NCBI RefSeq assembly: GCF_006345805.1
Contig: NC_043009.1
Coordinates: 50,592,001 to 50,656,000, forward strand
Direction: 5' to 3'
Length of the DNA stretch: 64,000 nt
Origin: Octopus sinensis
Lineage: Eukaryota
Shown piece by piece: positions 13,080-25,010 of this stretch. A program made the translations under genes and the position numbers. The first letter of the stretch is position 1. Each line of letters begins with the position of its first letter. The notes under the pieces were generated by a model, which saw only the letters and a list, made by a program, of their open reading frames with translations, was not told the origin of the DNA and did no database searches.

Positions 13080-13419
13080 ATATTAAGGTTTTATGACCTT
13101 CTCATCATAATTCTCTGAATGATATGATGATAGTTACTGTACTCTATAGTAGGCAGCAAGGAATCAAGGAACTGATGAAATTGATGTGTTAAATACAAAA
13201 CTGATACAATTGTCATTGATGGAGTTAAAATTATTTAACACTTAACTTCTGATAACATTCATAGTTTATTTCCCATAAGCATTAGCCATGTGATGGCTTT
13301 TGCTTGACCATCCATTTACAACAAAGAGCTATAAAAGCTGATTACAATACAAAAAAAAATATGTATGTAATATATTAAAATTTATATAAGACAAAGTATA
13401 TCTAAATTTCAGATTTCAG

Positions 13420-13660
13420 ATGGAAGCATACCCCCATGGAAACATGTCTGGCTCTGGGAAAATATTACCTAACTTGGAAAGAAGTGACAGTTGGTGATAG
13501 GAAGGGTATCTAGCCATAATAAATCTACCTCAACAAATTCTGTCTGGCCACAGTGAGCGTGGAAAAGTGGACATTAAGGATCAAAGTTAAAATGGACGAC
13601 GATGATTGACGACGACAACGATGATGATGATGACGACAACAGTGATGACGATGACAACAA
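13420..13660 (+). mobile_element. SINE family C-related degenerate copy
   Basis: GTTGGTGATAGGAAGGGTATCTAGCCATAA...GTGGAAAAGTGGACATTAA followed by (GAT/GAC)n. Confidence 0.6.
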
Positions 13661-14554
13661 TGAGGAATTCCCCAGTAAATAATGAGAATAAACAAGGTCA
13701 AAACAGTAATCCTCAGACATGCAGGTTTTCTTAAAGTTGTAACCTCAGAATTACTTCAGAGCAAACTTTAAAATTTTTTTTATATTATCTGTTAATTTAA
13801 TGGTGTATGGGATCTTAGGAAAGAGAAGGAGAGATAGAGAGTATGTGTGAGAGAGAATAAAGCTCTTAGAAAATGATAAAAAAATACAGACCAATCATTT
13901 CTCACTATAGAAATATAAACTGGCGGTTAATAGAATTTTCAAATTCTAGCAGTAACTCTCCTAATAGATTCGTATGTGTAATCTTGAATCTGATTTTTGC
14001 ATCAACAGAGTTTTGAAAAGAGAAAATCTATTTACATTAAATAATGATTAATGATGTTAACAACAACAACAACAACCACACCAACATTTTGACCACCGAG
14101 GTAATATAAATAGACTTATTTCTTATGTCTTATAATCAGTTAAGAAATACTATTCAATGATATGCAAATGAGAACAAAAATGAAAATTGTGTAAAACTTC
14201 AAGAAGAATTTTTAGTCTATTATTAACAGCTATATTGACCATACTTAAGGTCAGACAAAAATGCGTGCTGTTTACAATTCATAGCCCAGAATGACATTTA
14301 TGTCAAATAAACCTGCCATGCTTGCATGTGTTGAATATACATTGAGCACTATAGCCTATGATCAGCCAATCGTTGTGCTTCTTTGCCTAGAATTCTGTCA
14401 AATAAACATTCAGTTATATCATACATTCAGTCATCTGATCCTAAATTATAACTTACTGAATGCAAGGAAAATAAAATGCTTCTCAAGCAAAGACGAAATT
14501 TCGATCATAAGTAGTATATACAACAACAGGCAGTGCCTGTATCATTTATAAACC

Positions 14555-14574
14555 ATTATTATCATTATTATTAA

Positions 14575-14620
<46 letters not shown>

Positions 14621-14680
14621 TTATTATTAATATTATTATTATTATTATTATTGTTATTATCATCATTATTATCATTATTA

Positions 14681-14717
<37 letters not shown>

Positions 14718-14739
14718 TACTACTACTACTACTACTACT
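14555..14739. repeat. (ATT)n/(ACT)n microsatellite
   Basis: Direct inspection. Confidence 0.95.
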
Positions 14740-14854
14740 GTGTGGAATAGGTGGTAAATGAAGATAAACAACTGAGCATGTGTCGCAATTTACAAGCATT
14801 GGACGAAGATTGTTATGACTCTAATAGTAACATGCAAATGGATTATATGATAAA

Positions 14855-15210
14855 TCATCATCATCATTTAACCATTTAACGTCTGTTTTCCATGCTGGCA
14901 TAGGTTAGATGGCTTAACAGGAGCTGGCATGGCCAGGGGCTGCACCATGTTCAATTGTCTGTTTTTGGTGGTTTCTACAGCTAGATACCCTTCCTAATGC
15001 CAGCCACTTTATAGAGTATATTGGATGATTTTCACATGACACCATCACCAGTGCATTCTATGTGACACCATCACCAGTGCTCTTTTCATATGGCACCATC
15101 ATCAGTGCTTTTTACATGGCACCAGTAGCAGTGCTCTTTAGATAGGGCTATCACCAATGCCTTTTATGTGGCACCAGTGTTTTTTATGTGGTACCAACAC
15201 CAGTGCTTTT
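14855..15210 (-). mobile_element. SINE family C with an expanded internal ~26-bp tandem array
   Basis: (CAT)n-TTTAACGTCTGTTTTCCATGCTGGCAT...CCCTTCCTAATGCCAGCCAC, then ~7 copies of TTT(C/T)A(C/T)(A/G)TG(A/G)CACCA.CACCAGTGC. Confidence 0.75.
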
Positions 15211-17103
15211 GATAAAGTTCGACTAAATAATTTGATAAATGATAATAAAATTCTAACTTAAGTCAAAAATGGAATAAATTTTTTTAAAAATCTAATAAGA
15301 TTACAGTCAATTAGGAAATCTCAACATTATTGCTTACTCTGCTCAAACTAACATCCAACTGTCCCTCTAAGAGGAAACATTAGATAATGTAGTCCTAGAT
15401 ACACCATACCCAAATAAAAATTTAGTAATGCTTAAACAAAGAAAAGTCTACTTCTTCAGTTTTATACAACCAGAAGTGTATTATAAACATCTCTATATAA
15501 ACACATTTTAGTTATCCAAAAAATAAGATTTATTATAAATAGTTAGTTTAGAATAGCTGTTTATTTCTCCAACAACAAATATAAATTTTGAAAACAAATT
15601 GATATTGCAAAAGCAACCTATTACTCTAATACAAAACCTTGGTAATAAATAATTTTGGAAAGAAGATATTCTGAAAGACAATTATAGTAATTCTAATACC
15701 AATTAGAATGAAGTTGTTAGCAGTATTTTTAATGTCCCTATTATTATTAATTTAAACAAATTTTGTGAACAAATTCTCAATAATAACATTCCATTTTGCC
15801 GAAGCAATTCTTTTCATTAGTCATGTTAGAACAACCAAATGGGTAAAATAATAGACTTTGGTAAACAAGACAGAAATAAGCTTTAACTGACTAATACATT
15901 TCACTAATTTATAACTATAGACATTAAGAAAATGTAAAGCCAAATTTTACAAATGATTCTTTAACAAGGTTACATTTGTTCACAATTATGTATGTCTGTG
16001 TGTATTGAATACAAATATATTCATTAATATATGTGTATATGCATAAATGTATGTGTGTGTATCTATATGTATGTAGATGAATGTATGAAAATTAGGGAAG
16101 AAAAAGAAGATAATGGAAGAAGAAAATGAAAAGGATGGTTGTGAAAAAGACATTAAAGAGAAAATTGTAACTGCTCAAGCAGACATGGAAGAGAAATCTG
16201 TTCCCTAATTTCTCCCAGTGTTGTTTAGTTCCTAACCATTTCCTCTAGCTTTAATCTGAACTTACTTTCAGCCTGATTTACTTTGTATCAAATTTTCTGT
16301 AAAAGTGTAATTTCAAGTTCATAGATGTTTGTAAGTTCAAGCCAAAGTGATGGGGACATTTGCCCATCTCCACACACACACACACACACACACACACATT
16401 TCTACCTCATATTAAACTGAGTTTGATAATTTAGTTTCTGCTGTAATGGCAAGGGAAGAAAAGAAATTAAAAAAAAAATACATAAATAATCATCTAAACA
16501 AAGTAGACAGCAGATTGCAGCATCATTAACACGCATCTAACTTCGTTGTCTTGGTTTTTGCCCTCCGACATTAGATAAACATGCATTGTTCTGTCCAGAA
16601 CTTTAAGACTAACCAGTATAGCCAGACAGGATGACAAGAATACAAAGACAGCATTACAGAAAATAAAAATGGAGAAGTTTGAGAAAGACAGAGAAAGGTA
16701 TAATTCAATTTGTTGAATAGCACTTTGAACAAAAAGTAGAAAGGATCTGTAGAGCAAAACAGAAACTTCACAAGTGCATGATCAAAAGAAATTAAAAGAA
16801 TATTAGTTTAACATCAAGGCTTGACTACAGGAAACACAAGTTAAAATGAATTTCAAATACATCAAGTAAATGAAAAGGCTTTAATTGAATTTCGAGAATT
16901 AAACATTAACAAAAGCAGTAAAGAGTAATGAATGCTGGGTAATCAGAAAAGGAAGATAATCATGTAAGTAAGGAACGAGATTTTCTTTGTATAATGTTCA
17001 GTGAATATAAAAGAAAAGAAAATGAAGAATGTCTCCAAGAAAAATACGTGTGTGTGTGTATGATGTATGAGCAAGAGTCTTTCTCTCTCTCTCTTTGATA
17101 TAT

Positions 17104-17136
<33 letters not shown>

Positions 17137-17267
17137 TACACACATACACATACACACGTATGCATGCACACCTACAAATACACACAAACACATCTGCACA
17201 CACATACGTACACACATGCATGCACAAACACACACACACACTCACACACACACACACACACTCACTC

Positions 17268-17314
<47 letters not shown>

Positions 17315-17419
17315 TACCACTACCACTAATCATAAATAACACAAGAGCCCAGGTTGGGAAATAATCAGTATGGATTTCTTTAGACAAGTGACAAAGCTAA
17401 TTGTTTTGTTGTGAAGACA

Positions 17420-19010
17420 GTGACATAGCATGGAAGGGATGGTGCTGGCTGTGTGTACCAGACAAGATGGTCACTTTATTTATGTGTGTTTGCTGTGGTC
17501 AAAGGTTTAAGGATCAGGGTGGTCAATTTGTTTACCACACATGATGGCCAAAACCCATGCTGCACCACAATATGGAAAAGTGTAGTGAATGGGAAAATTT
17601 GAACTCTGGTGGTTGACAGCCATATGGTGGCAAAAGCATTTGAAGGCAAGGGAAGCAGCTGGACCATCAGGGATATTCACTAAGATGCTGAAACTATTTG
17701 GCAAAATAATCCACAGTAGTCCTTCATATAGTCAATTAAGTTGTAGAGGGAAGTGCCATCCTCAGTGACTGGCATTGCAGTGTTTCTTTATTAACTACTA
17801 CAAGAGTAAAGAAAATGCTCCAGAATTACAGAAAAGTTAACTTAATGGACCATTTAATGAAGATAACAGAGAGTTATAACTCTACTATTTTGGGAGAGAA
17901 TTAGCTTAGATGCAAGAGTATCACTTATGCTCTTTTCTTAGTGAGGCAACATTGATATAGAGAAGGCCAGTTAGTGGCCACAAAGAAAATTTGATGTCGA
18001 TGAATGGCTGGTGAGAGTTGTGCAAGTCATATACAAAGTCATATATAGTAAGGTGGGAATTATCAATGAGTTTAGTAAGGGACTTAGCATACAGGTAGGT
18101 GTCCAAGATTTGGTCGTCAGTCCCTTCCAGTTTATGTAGTTTGGCAATCCATAATAAAGAATTTCAAAATTGTACCTGTTGGTACTTCTGTATGTTGCTG
18201 ATCTAGCTCTTAAAACAAAATTAATCAAAAAATTTAGAGGAAATGCTCCAAACATGGAAGCAGAGCCTAGAAGCAGGAAGTCTACAACTCTGTTGCTATT
18301 TGGATAGTAGCCAGGCTTAATATGACTAAAAAGGAGAAACACTTTCATAGGGTGTGGACTATAGGCACACAAGTGATGCAGTGGGATTACAGCAGGCTGG
18401 CATAGAAGAATGACTTTAACAAATGCACTGGTAGCTAGCAGCATTATCACCCATTAATTGAATGTCCTCAAATGTGTCGTAGGCTAGCAAAAAGTAAGCT
18501 TCTGTTACTTAGGGGCCTAATCAATTTTGAAAGGAGGGTGTTCTGAAAATATAACCAGAGTATGAACGGATGGAAAAGATTTAGGGATGTATAACTTCTG
18601 CTGGTAACAAAGGAATTGTCTTTCCAAGTGAATAACAGATTGTATAACGTTTGAATATGAAATACAATATTGATTAATAGATGACTACTGAATGTACTAG
18701 GATGTGCAAGAGGAAGAAAGCATATTGGACGTGTTCTGCTATACATCTAGCATTAGTTTGCATCAATGATGGAGAACAAAGGAGCTGAAAGAAAACCTGG
18801 GAATAGTTGTGTTCATACAAATATGTGAAGCATAAGGATGAGTGTTGGGTTAAGTAGCACCAAGCAATTCAAGCAAAAGGAACTGCTGAAGAGAAAGTAG
18901 CTCATGAAAGTGATGATAAGGCGTCACAATATGCAACAGGATACTGTACTGAAGAAGACCTGTCTAACTCATGAAAACATGAATATATAACTATTGTAAA
19001 ATACTGATGT
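17420..19010 (+). mobile_element. Decayed RTE-clade LINE (RT domain to 3' end), many stops and frameshifts
   Basis: Fragmentary RT motifs in order: AAGPSGIFTKMLK, (P)SDW, NYR, FLVRQ, KFDVDEWLVRVVQ, YVADL (YADD), a CSGI region, GWKRFRD, LLVTK..S.QV..RLY, QEE....WT. Confidence 0.75.
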
Positions 19011-19089
19011 TAAGAGGAATGAAAATTAAATTTGTCCAATGTTTAACAATTTCTTTTAACAGATTTCTCTACACAACAATTGCAGTGAT

Positions 19090-19260
19090 TTCAAACATAG
19101 ATTTTAGGCACCAGATTTTGAACAGGTGGCAGTAACGTTATTCATCTACTACTTATTTAATCAAATACAGATTCATCAATCACAGAAGGATGAAAAGCAA
19201 TGTTGACTGCAGTAGGATTTGAACTCAGAATATAAAGGGAGATAACTAAATATCACAAGG
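19090..19260 (-). mobile_element. SINE family B, degenerate
   Basis: AAGGATGAAAAGCAATGTTGACTGCAGTAGGATTTGAACTCAGAAT matches the reverse family B core. Confidence 0.55.
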
Positions 19261-20108
19261 CACAATAATAGCAATAATAATGACAACAATAACAAAGAAG
19301 CACTTATAATTAATGATGCTGTATAAATTGGATGTTTCCAAAAATTTTTAGTGATATGGTTACTAATGATACACAAGAATTGCTAATATTAAAATAGATT
19401 AACAATATATATTCTATGCAAAGCTTTAATCTGAATTTGCAGATATGTTCAGCAAAAGAAAATGTTCTACTCCAAAAGAGAGAGCAGAGAGATTTTTTTA
19501 AAAGTATTCATAAACACATCTGCAATGAAAGTGGTAATCTCAAATAAAATGAAAATCTGCTGAATAATAATAAACAAACCTCTAAAACAAGGCTACATGT
19601 CATTAGATTTATGCATGCTCATGTACAACTCAAATTAAAATTTCAATCTATAATAATTAATAAATGCAAGACTAATTAGTGATATCTATCTCCCACCAAA
19701 AATTTTATCCTGAGGTTACATGAAAAAGAAGCCTGACAAATAAATTACTTGAAAAATATTGAGATATAAAATTTAAGAAATATATTTATTTATTTAGAGT
19801 TCAAGAGACTTAAATTGAGACCATGTGTATTGAAACTGCTAAGTTAGTCATTTATGTCTTAAGTAGCATAGTACTGTATATCAAGCAGGTACATGGAACT
19901 ACATAGACTCCATATATAATTGTAAAATCAAAAAGAAAAAAAAGAAAGATTAGCATGATTATAAGCTAATGAATGATAGGTTGAGAATTATGAAAGCTGA
20001 TATGGGATAAATATCCATCATTGGTTGAACTAGTTGACACAACATTGATAAGTCAGTTGCTGCAAGGAACCTTAGTAAATTAATTATCTTCTAGTTGGAG
20101 TTTCTCAC

Positions 20109-20127
20109 CTGCTCCGTAAGTGTTTTG
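20109..20127 (-). other. Candidate 19-nt micro-exon
   Basis: Minus strand: ACTAAT branch point (20160-20155), TTTACATCTGCCAATCTTCTTCACTAG | CAAAACACTTACGGAGCAG | GTGAGA. Confidence 0.3.
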
Positions 20128-20541
20128 CTAGTGAAGAAGATTGGCAGATGTAAAATTAGTAATGCCAATAGTGGAAAGGTAACTTTGGAGTGTGTGTGTT
20201 GACAGAGCAATCAACACATTGATGCAAGCAAGCAGACAGACAGACAGAGATAGAGGTTTGACAAACCTGCAAGATGTATATGATGTTTCAATGGTAACAA
20301 TGGCAATTATTATGGTCAAAAGCAATTTAATTACAGTCAAATGAAGCAGGTAGGAAAAAAAAAAAAAATTTTTTTAAGCTAGTAAATAACATAATTAAAC
20401 ATCAAATATGATAAAACAGTTTTCACAGAATGATGATGGTGACGATGGTGGTGGTGGTGATGATGATGGTGATGATGATAAATAGATGCATTAGACTAAC
20501 CTCACTAATTTGTTTCATTATTGATCAACAAAACATTTTTG

Positions 20542-20591
<50 letters not shown>

Positions 20592-20983
20592 TATACTACA
20601 AAACTTATTTCAATGTAATTTTACAATTCTATAAAATACAGAAGAAACTTTCTGTTTAATAATGGATGTGATTAAATCTGCGAATTAGGTTTTTGGAGTA
20701 GGCTTTGAATAAGCTGCCTTGTTGATGTTGTTGTCATTCTTCTTGTTATGTGTTATGTTGTTGATGTTGAACTTGTTTACTCAAATTATTTGCCTCTATT
20801 TTGATTGGCAAGCTGTGTTGTTCTTAATTAAAGAATTAATTCATTTTCTCTGCCTGTATTCCTGTCTCTCCCTCTTCCCAGAAATGACGATTATTGATTT
20901 GAACAAACTCTGGTTAGAAACAGTAGCAAGGATACTGACCATGGTTCAATACTAGGAGCAGGAAAATATTTTAAACAATATTT

Positions 20984-21024
<41 letters not shown>

Positions 21025-21028
<4 letters not shown>

Positions 21029-21245
21029 AATATCAAAGGGTAATCAGAAATATTAGAAATTTCCATTACCAATAGCCTAGCTTGTAAAAATTTAGTCAAT
21101 AGACTATATATTATTCATATAAATACAGTGTACATTTAAACACATAAGAAGCATCCATCATAGGACTCCTTGCACGCTAGAGAGAACAGTTAAATTCCAA
21201 ACCACTATTAGGGATAAAATTTCGAAGGGAATGAAAAATACAAAA
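21025..21245. repeat. TA-flanked interspersed repeat (Penelope-like fragment, unclassified)
   Basis: Starts directly after a (TA)n tract; shares CACGCTAG and general composition with the 788-1587 repeat. Confidence 0.3.
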
Positions 21246-21329
21246 AGTGAGATATCAGTACAGCCATCGGAAACAAGCTGATTAGTTCTATGTCAAGTAA
21301 TAGTGATGATAATACTGATGATGAGGATA
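21246..21329 (+). repeat. 84-bp dispersed duplication of 23470-23553
   Basis: AGTGAGATATCAGTACAGCCATC(G/A)GAAACAAGCTGATTAGTTCTATGTCAAGTAATAGTGATGATAATACTGATGATGAGGATA, one mismatch. Confidence 0.95.
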
Positions 21330-21371
21330 TATAAATATATGTGAGTGTGTATTTGTGTGTGTATATGTGCT

Positions 21372-21786
21372 TTTCTTTCTCTTTTTTTCTCTTTTTACTT
21401 GTTTCAGTCATTTTGACTGCGGCCATGCTGGTGCACCGCCTTTAATCAAGCAACTCGACCCCAGGACTTATTCTTTGTAAGCCCAGTACTTATTCTATCG
21501 GTCTCTTTTGCCGAACTGCTAAGTGACGGGGACATAAACACACCAGCATCGGTTGTCAAGCAATGCTAGAGGGACAAACACAGACACACAAACACACACA
21601 CGCATATATATGTATACATATATATGACGGGCTTCTTTCAGTTTCCGTCTACCAAATCCACTCACAAGGCATTGGTCGGCCCGAGGCTTTAGTAGAAGAC
21701 ACTTGCCCAAGGTGCCACGCAATTGGACTGAACCTGGGACCATGTGCTTGGTAAACAAGCTACTTACCACACAGCCACTCCTGTGC
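21372..21786 (-). mobile_element. SINE family A, young full-length copy
   Basis: Reverse complement nearly identical to 4109-4505. Confidence 0.9.
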
Positions 21787-21789
21787 TTG

Positions 21790-22007
21790 TGTATATAAGC
21801 TTCCACGAAAGGCGCCGGATCCGTTGTTATAAGAGTCGGAACTTTTAGTTCAGTGTACGCGGCTGGCCTCGCATCGAAAGGGAATATATATTTATAGAAC
21901 TCAACACAGGTTCTTTGTTGAATAAAAACATTGTGAGAATAGGAAGCTTCAGTGTCTCACAACAACCATTGGTTTCGTATTGAGAAGGGAGGTTTTAAAC
22001 TACGAAA
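21790..22007 (+). mobile_element. Possible LTR fragment
   Basis: CpG-rich island in a CpG-poor context with TATATAAG, then AATAAA, ending GGGAGGTTTTAAACTACGAAA followed by TGGT; no second LTR or TSD seen. Confidence 0.3.
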
Positions 22008-22086
22008 TGGTACTGAAATCTTCAAAACCTCATAGTACCAAACAGTAGCCACTGATGATCAGCATTGTCAGTATTGTCATGGTATT

Positions 22087-22410
22087 TATAAATCATCATC
22101 ATCATTGTTCGACCGTGGTCGAGACAATGAAATTTACCATGCTGCGCCAGACTTCACGGTCCATCATGGCATTACAGAGGTCCTGTTGCTGGATGCCTGT
22201 ATCCCTGGAGATTACATCAGGGTAGGAGAGTGCATGCCCTCTGGTATTGCGAGTAGAGGGCACACACTCTCCTACCCTGATGTAATCTCCAGGGATACAG
22301 GCATCCAGCAACAGGACCTCTGTAATGCCATGATGGACCGTGAAGTCTGGCGTAGCATGGTAAATTCCATTGTCTCGACCACGGTCGAACAATGATGATG
22401 ATGATTTATA
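22087..22410. mobile_element. Palindromic (fold-back) RTE LINE 3'-end element with (GAT)n tails at both ends
   Basis: 156-bp arms (22087-22242 / 22255-22410), 4 mismatches, 12-nt loop; each arm encodes RG..LSYPDVISRDTGIQQQDLCNAMMDREVWRSMV...VEQ*, typical of the RTE ORF C-terminus; ATTTATA is directly repeated at both flanks. Confidence 0.9.
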
Positions 22411-22855
22411 GGAAATATTTGCACATGTGAGAGCCAAAAGAAATGAATTTTCTGTGATCATTCAATGGTTTGTTTTTTAAACTTACTGCTCAAGGACTGA
22501 TAGCTTTTCTTGTACAAATTGAAGCGTTATCTGAGAGTTTAATATTTGGGTTGTTGTCTTTAAAAAAAACTGTTACTTGTTTTGCTTCAGATTTTCTTTG
22601 CAACATCCTAAAATGCACAATTATATTGATAGTTTCCATTTCTGAACTAATTAGCAGTCATTCCTGTATAATCAGTGAAGGTAGTTTAATAGACTATATG
22701 CCACATTATCTGATAAGCCATGTGAGGGCGAAACTAATAGTTGTGATGTGAAGACAATAACCCAGCTATTAATTAAAATATGTAATACTCTACTAATTAG
22801 CATTGAATTCTCTTTCGCTTAATATTGCTTTTAATTGACACACACAATGAGATTG

Positions 22856-22856
22856 T

Positions 22857-22905
<49 letters not shown>

Positions 22906-22968
22906 ATATATATATATATAATATATGTATATATATATAAATATATAATATATATATATATATATATA

Positions 22969-23031
<63 letters not shown>

Positions 23032-23052
23032 TTATATATATATATAATATAT

Positions 23053-23086
<34 letters not shown>

Positions 23087-23092
23087 AAATAT

Positions 23093-23124
<32 letters not shown>
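22856..23124. repeat. Long interrupted (TA)n tract
   Basis: Direct inspection. Confidence 0.95.
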
Positions 23125-23125
<1 letters not shown>

Positions 23126-24154
23126 GAGAAAGAGAGTAACACTGTTTATAATACTACTTGTACTATTAGGCCACTGCTGCTGTAGTTGTGGTTGCTGTTG
23201 TCACAACATCAATAGATATATGTACTTAGATGATCAAGTAAAAAAGAAATGTAAACAAAAAAGACAAAATAAGAAAGAAAAAAAAACAAGAAGTTACAAG
23301 AAAAGTAAAGATGAACGAGAAAGAAAGAAAGAAAGAAAATTAATCATTGATTGCTTTTCTAAGATCTTAGAATCTCTAGTAACAAAGAGCAACAGGATGA
23401 ACGGGCAAGCTGGGTGATTTACAGACATTAATATAGCAACCACTTGTGAATGGGCAATAAATGCCTGATAGTGAGATATCAGTACAGCCATCAGAAACAA
23501 GCTGATTAGTTCTATGTCAAGTAATAGTGATGATAATACTGATGATGAGGATACTGGTGGTGGTGGCGGTAATAATAATAATGATGATGCTGATAGTGAT
23601 AAAGATGATAATAGTGATGGTGATGATGACAGGTATTGTTTTCTTTTTCATTGGTTTGTGTTTTGTTATCTATTTATTTACTTATTTTTTTGTTTTACTT
23701 TTCTTTTCTTTTTCTTTTCTTTTACATGCTGGAATATGAGAAGGTGGATGCAAGATTACTTCTACTAGCTAATTAGTCAGTCTTAAGTAGCTAGCAAACT
23801 AGTGTCGATACTCATATTACTTAAGTCTTCAGAAATAGCAAAGGGAATTAAAATGAAGCAACCTTCTCCCCAAACCCCAACACCCACCTACCTTCATGTC
23901 ACCTTGCCTGCTTTCTCTTAGACAACAGTAATTGTGAGGTGAAGTGTATTCTTCAAAATTAGAAACTACATTATCAACAACAGCAACAACAACAACAATA
24001 ATAATAATAATTATTATTATTATTATATTGAACAGCATCAGCAATATCAGAGGCATGATTAGAATCAACAGGAGTATGTTTTAAAAGAAAAAAAAAAATG
24101 TAGGAGAAATGGTTCCGGATTAAGAATTATTAAAGTCATTCTGTCACAGCATAT

Positions 24155-24189
<35 letters not shown>

Positions 24190-24584
24190 ACACACACACA
24201 CACACACACACGCACACACACATGCAGCATGCATACATACCAAGACATAATATGCTTACAGTAAAGGCAAAAGAAAGATAAATATAGCATAGCACAAGAT
24301 TGTTTTGGATAAGGAAGATTTCCCAAGAGTGGTTTTGTTAATTACAGCAACATTGCTATAATATTCACAGAGGGACCTTCAACTTTAAAAGACTTCCTTG
24401 AAGGAGTCAATAGAAAGCCAACTTATCTCTCTCGAAAGAAATAAAAGCGGCAGAAAAAAGCATACAGAAAGTAAATTCTTCAACAGCCACTAAAAAAGAT
24501 GGAAAATAAGGTACACAGAATATAAAATAAATTACCTTTTCAGTGCAGCTAGCATTCATGTATGATAACAAAGCTGTTCCTTAA

Positions 24585-24623
<39 letters not shown>

Positions 24624-24862
24624 CGCACCAAAACCATTTGAAAACACATATGCACATATGTGCACAAATTTTCCATTTTAGGGTGTTATATAAAAAGATA
24701 AGTACAATTGATAAGCTTTTTCCACATCTAAAATTACCAAAATGGCTTCCTGAATTTCTATTATCACAGGACAATAGTCAGAGAAACACTATCAGTGAAA
24801 AACCCTACAGCCATAACATGTGAATTAATTCTATGAAAACTTAGAAATTTTACCTGGTTAAA

Positions 24863-24893
<31 letters not shown>

Positions 24894-24933
24894 AAGAAAC
24901 AAACAAAAGATGAAAGCAAATCTTGAGAAGAGG

Positions 24934-25010
24934 ACTTACCACTCAACATCTAATTCAACTCAGAAGATACTTACCTAAAAAGAAAAAAGAAAATATAAAA
25001 AAAAATTAGT
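24934..25010 (-). other. Candidate recursive splice site (ratchet point) with 35-nt RS-exon
   Basis: Minus strand: ACTAAT-TTTTTTTTATATTTTCTTTTTTCTTTTTAG|GTAAGT ATCTTCTGAGTTGAATTAGATGTTGAGTG|GTAAGT. Confidence 0.5.

Noticed and set aside
22102-22461. Two overlapping antiparallel protein-coding ORFs
   Set aside because: A by-product of the palindrome; only the last ~45 codons per arm are RTE-derived
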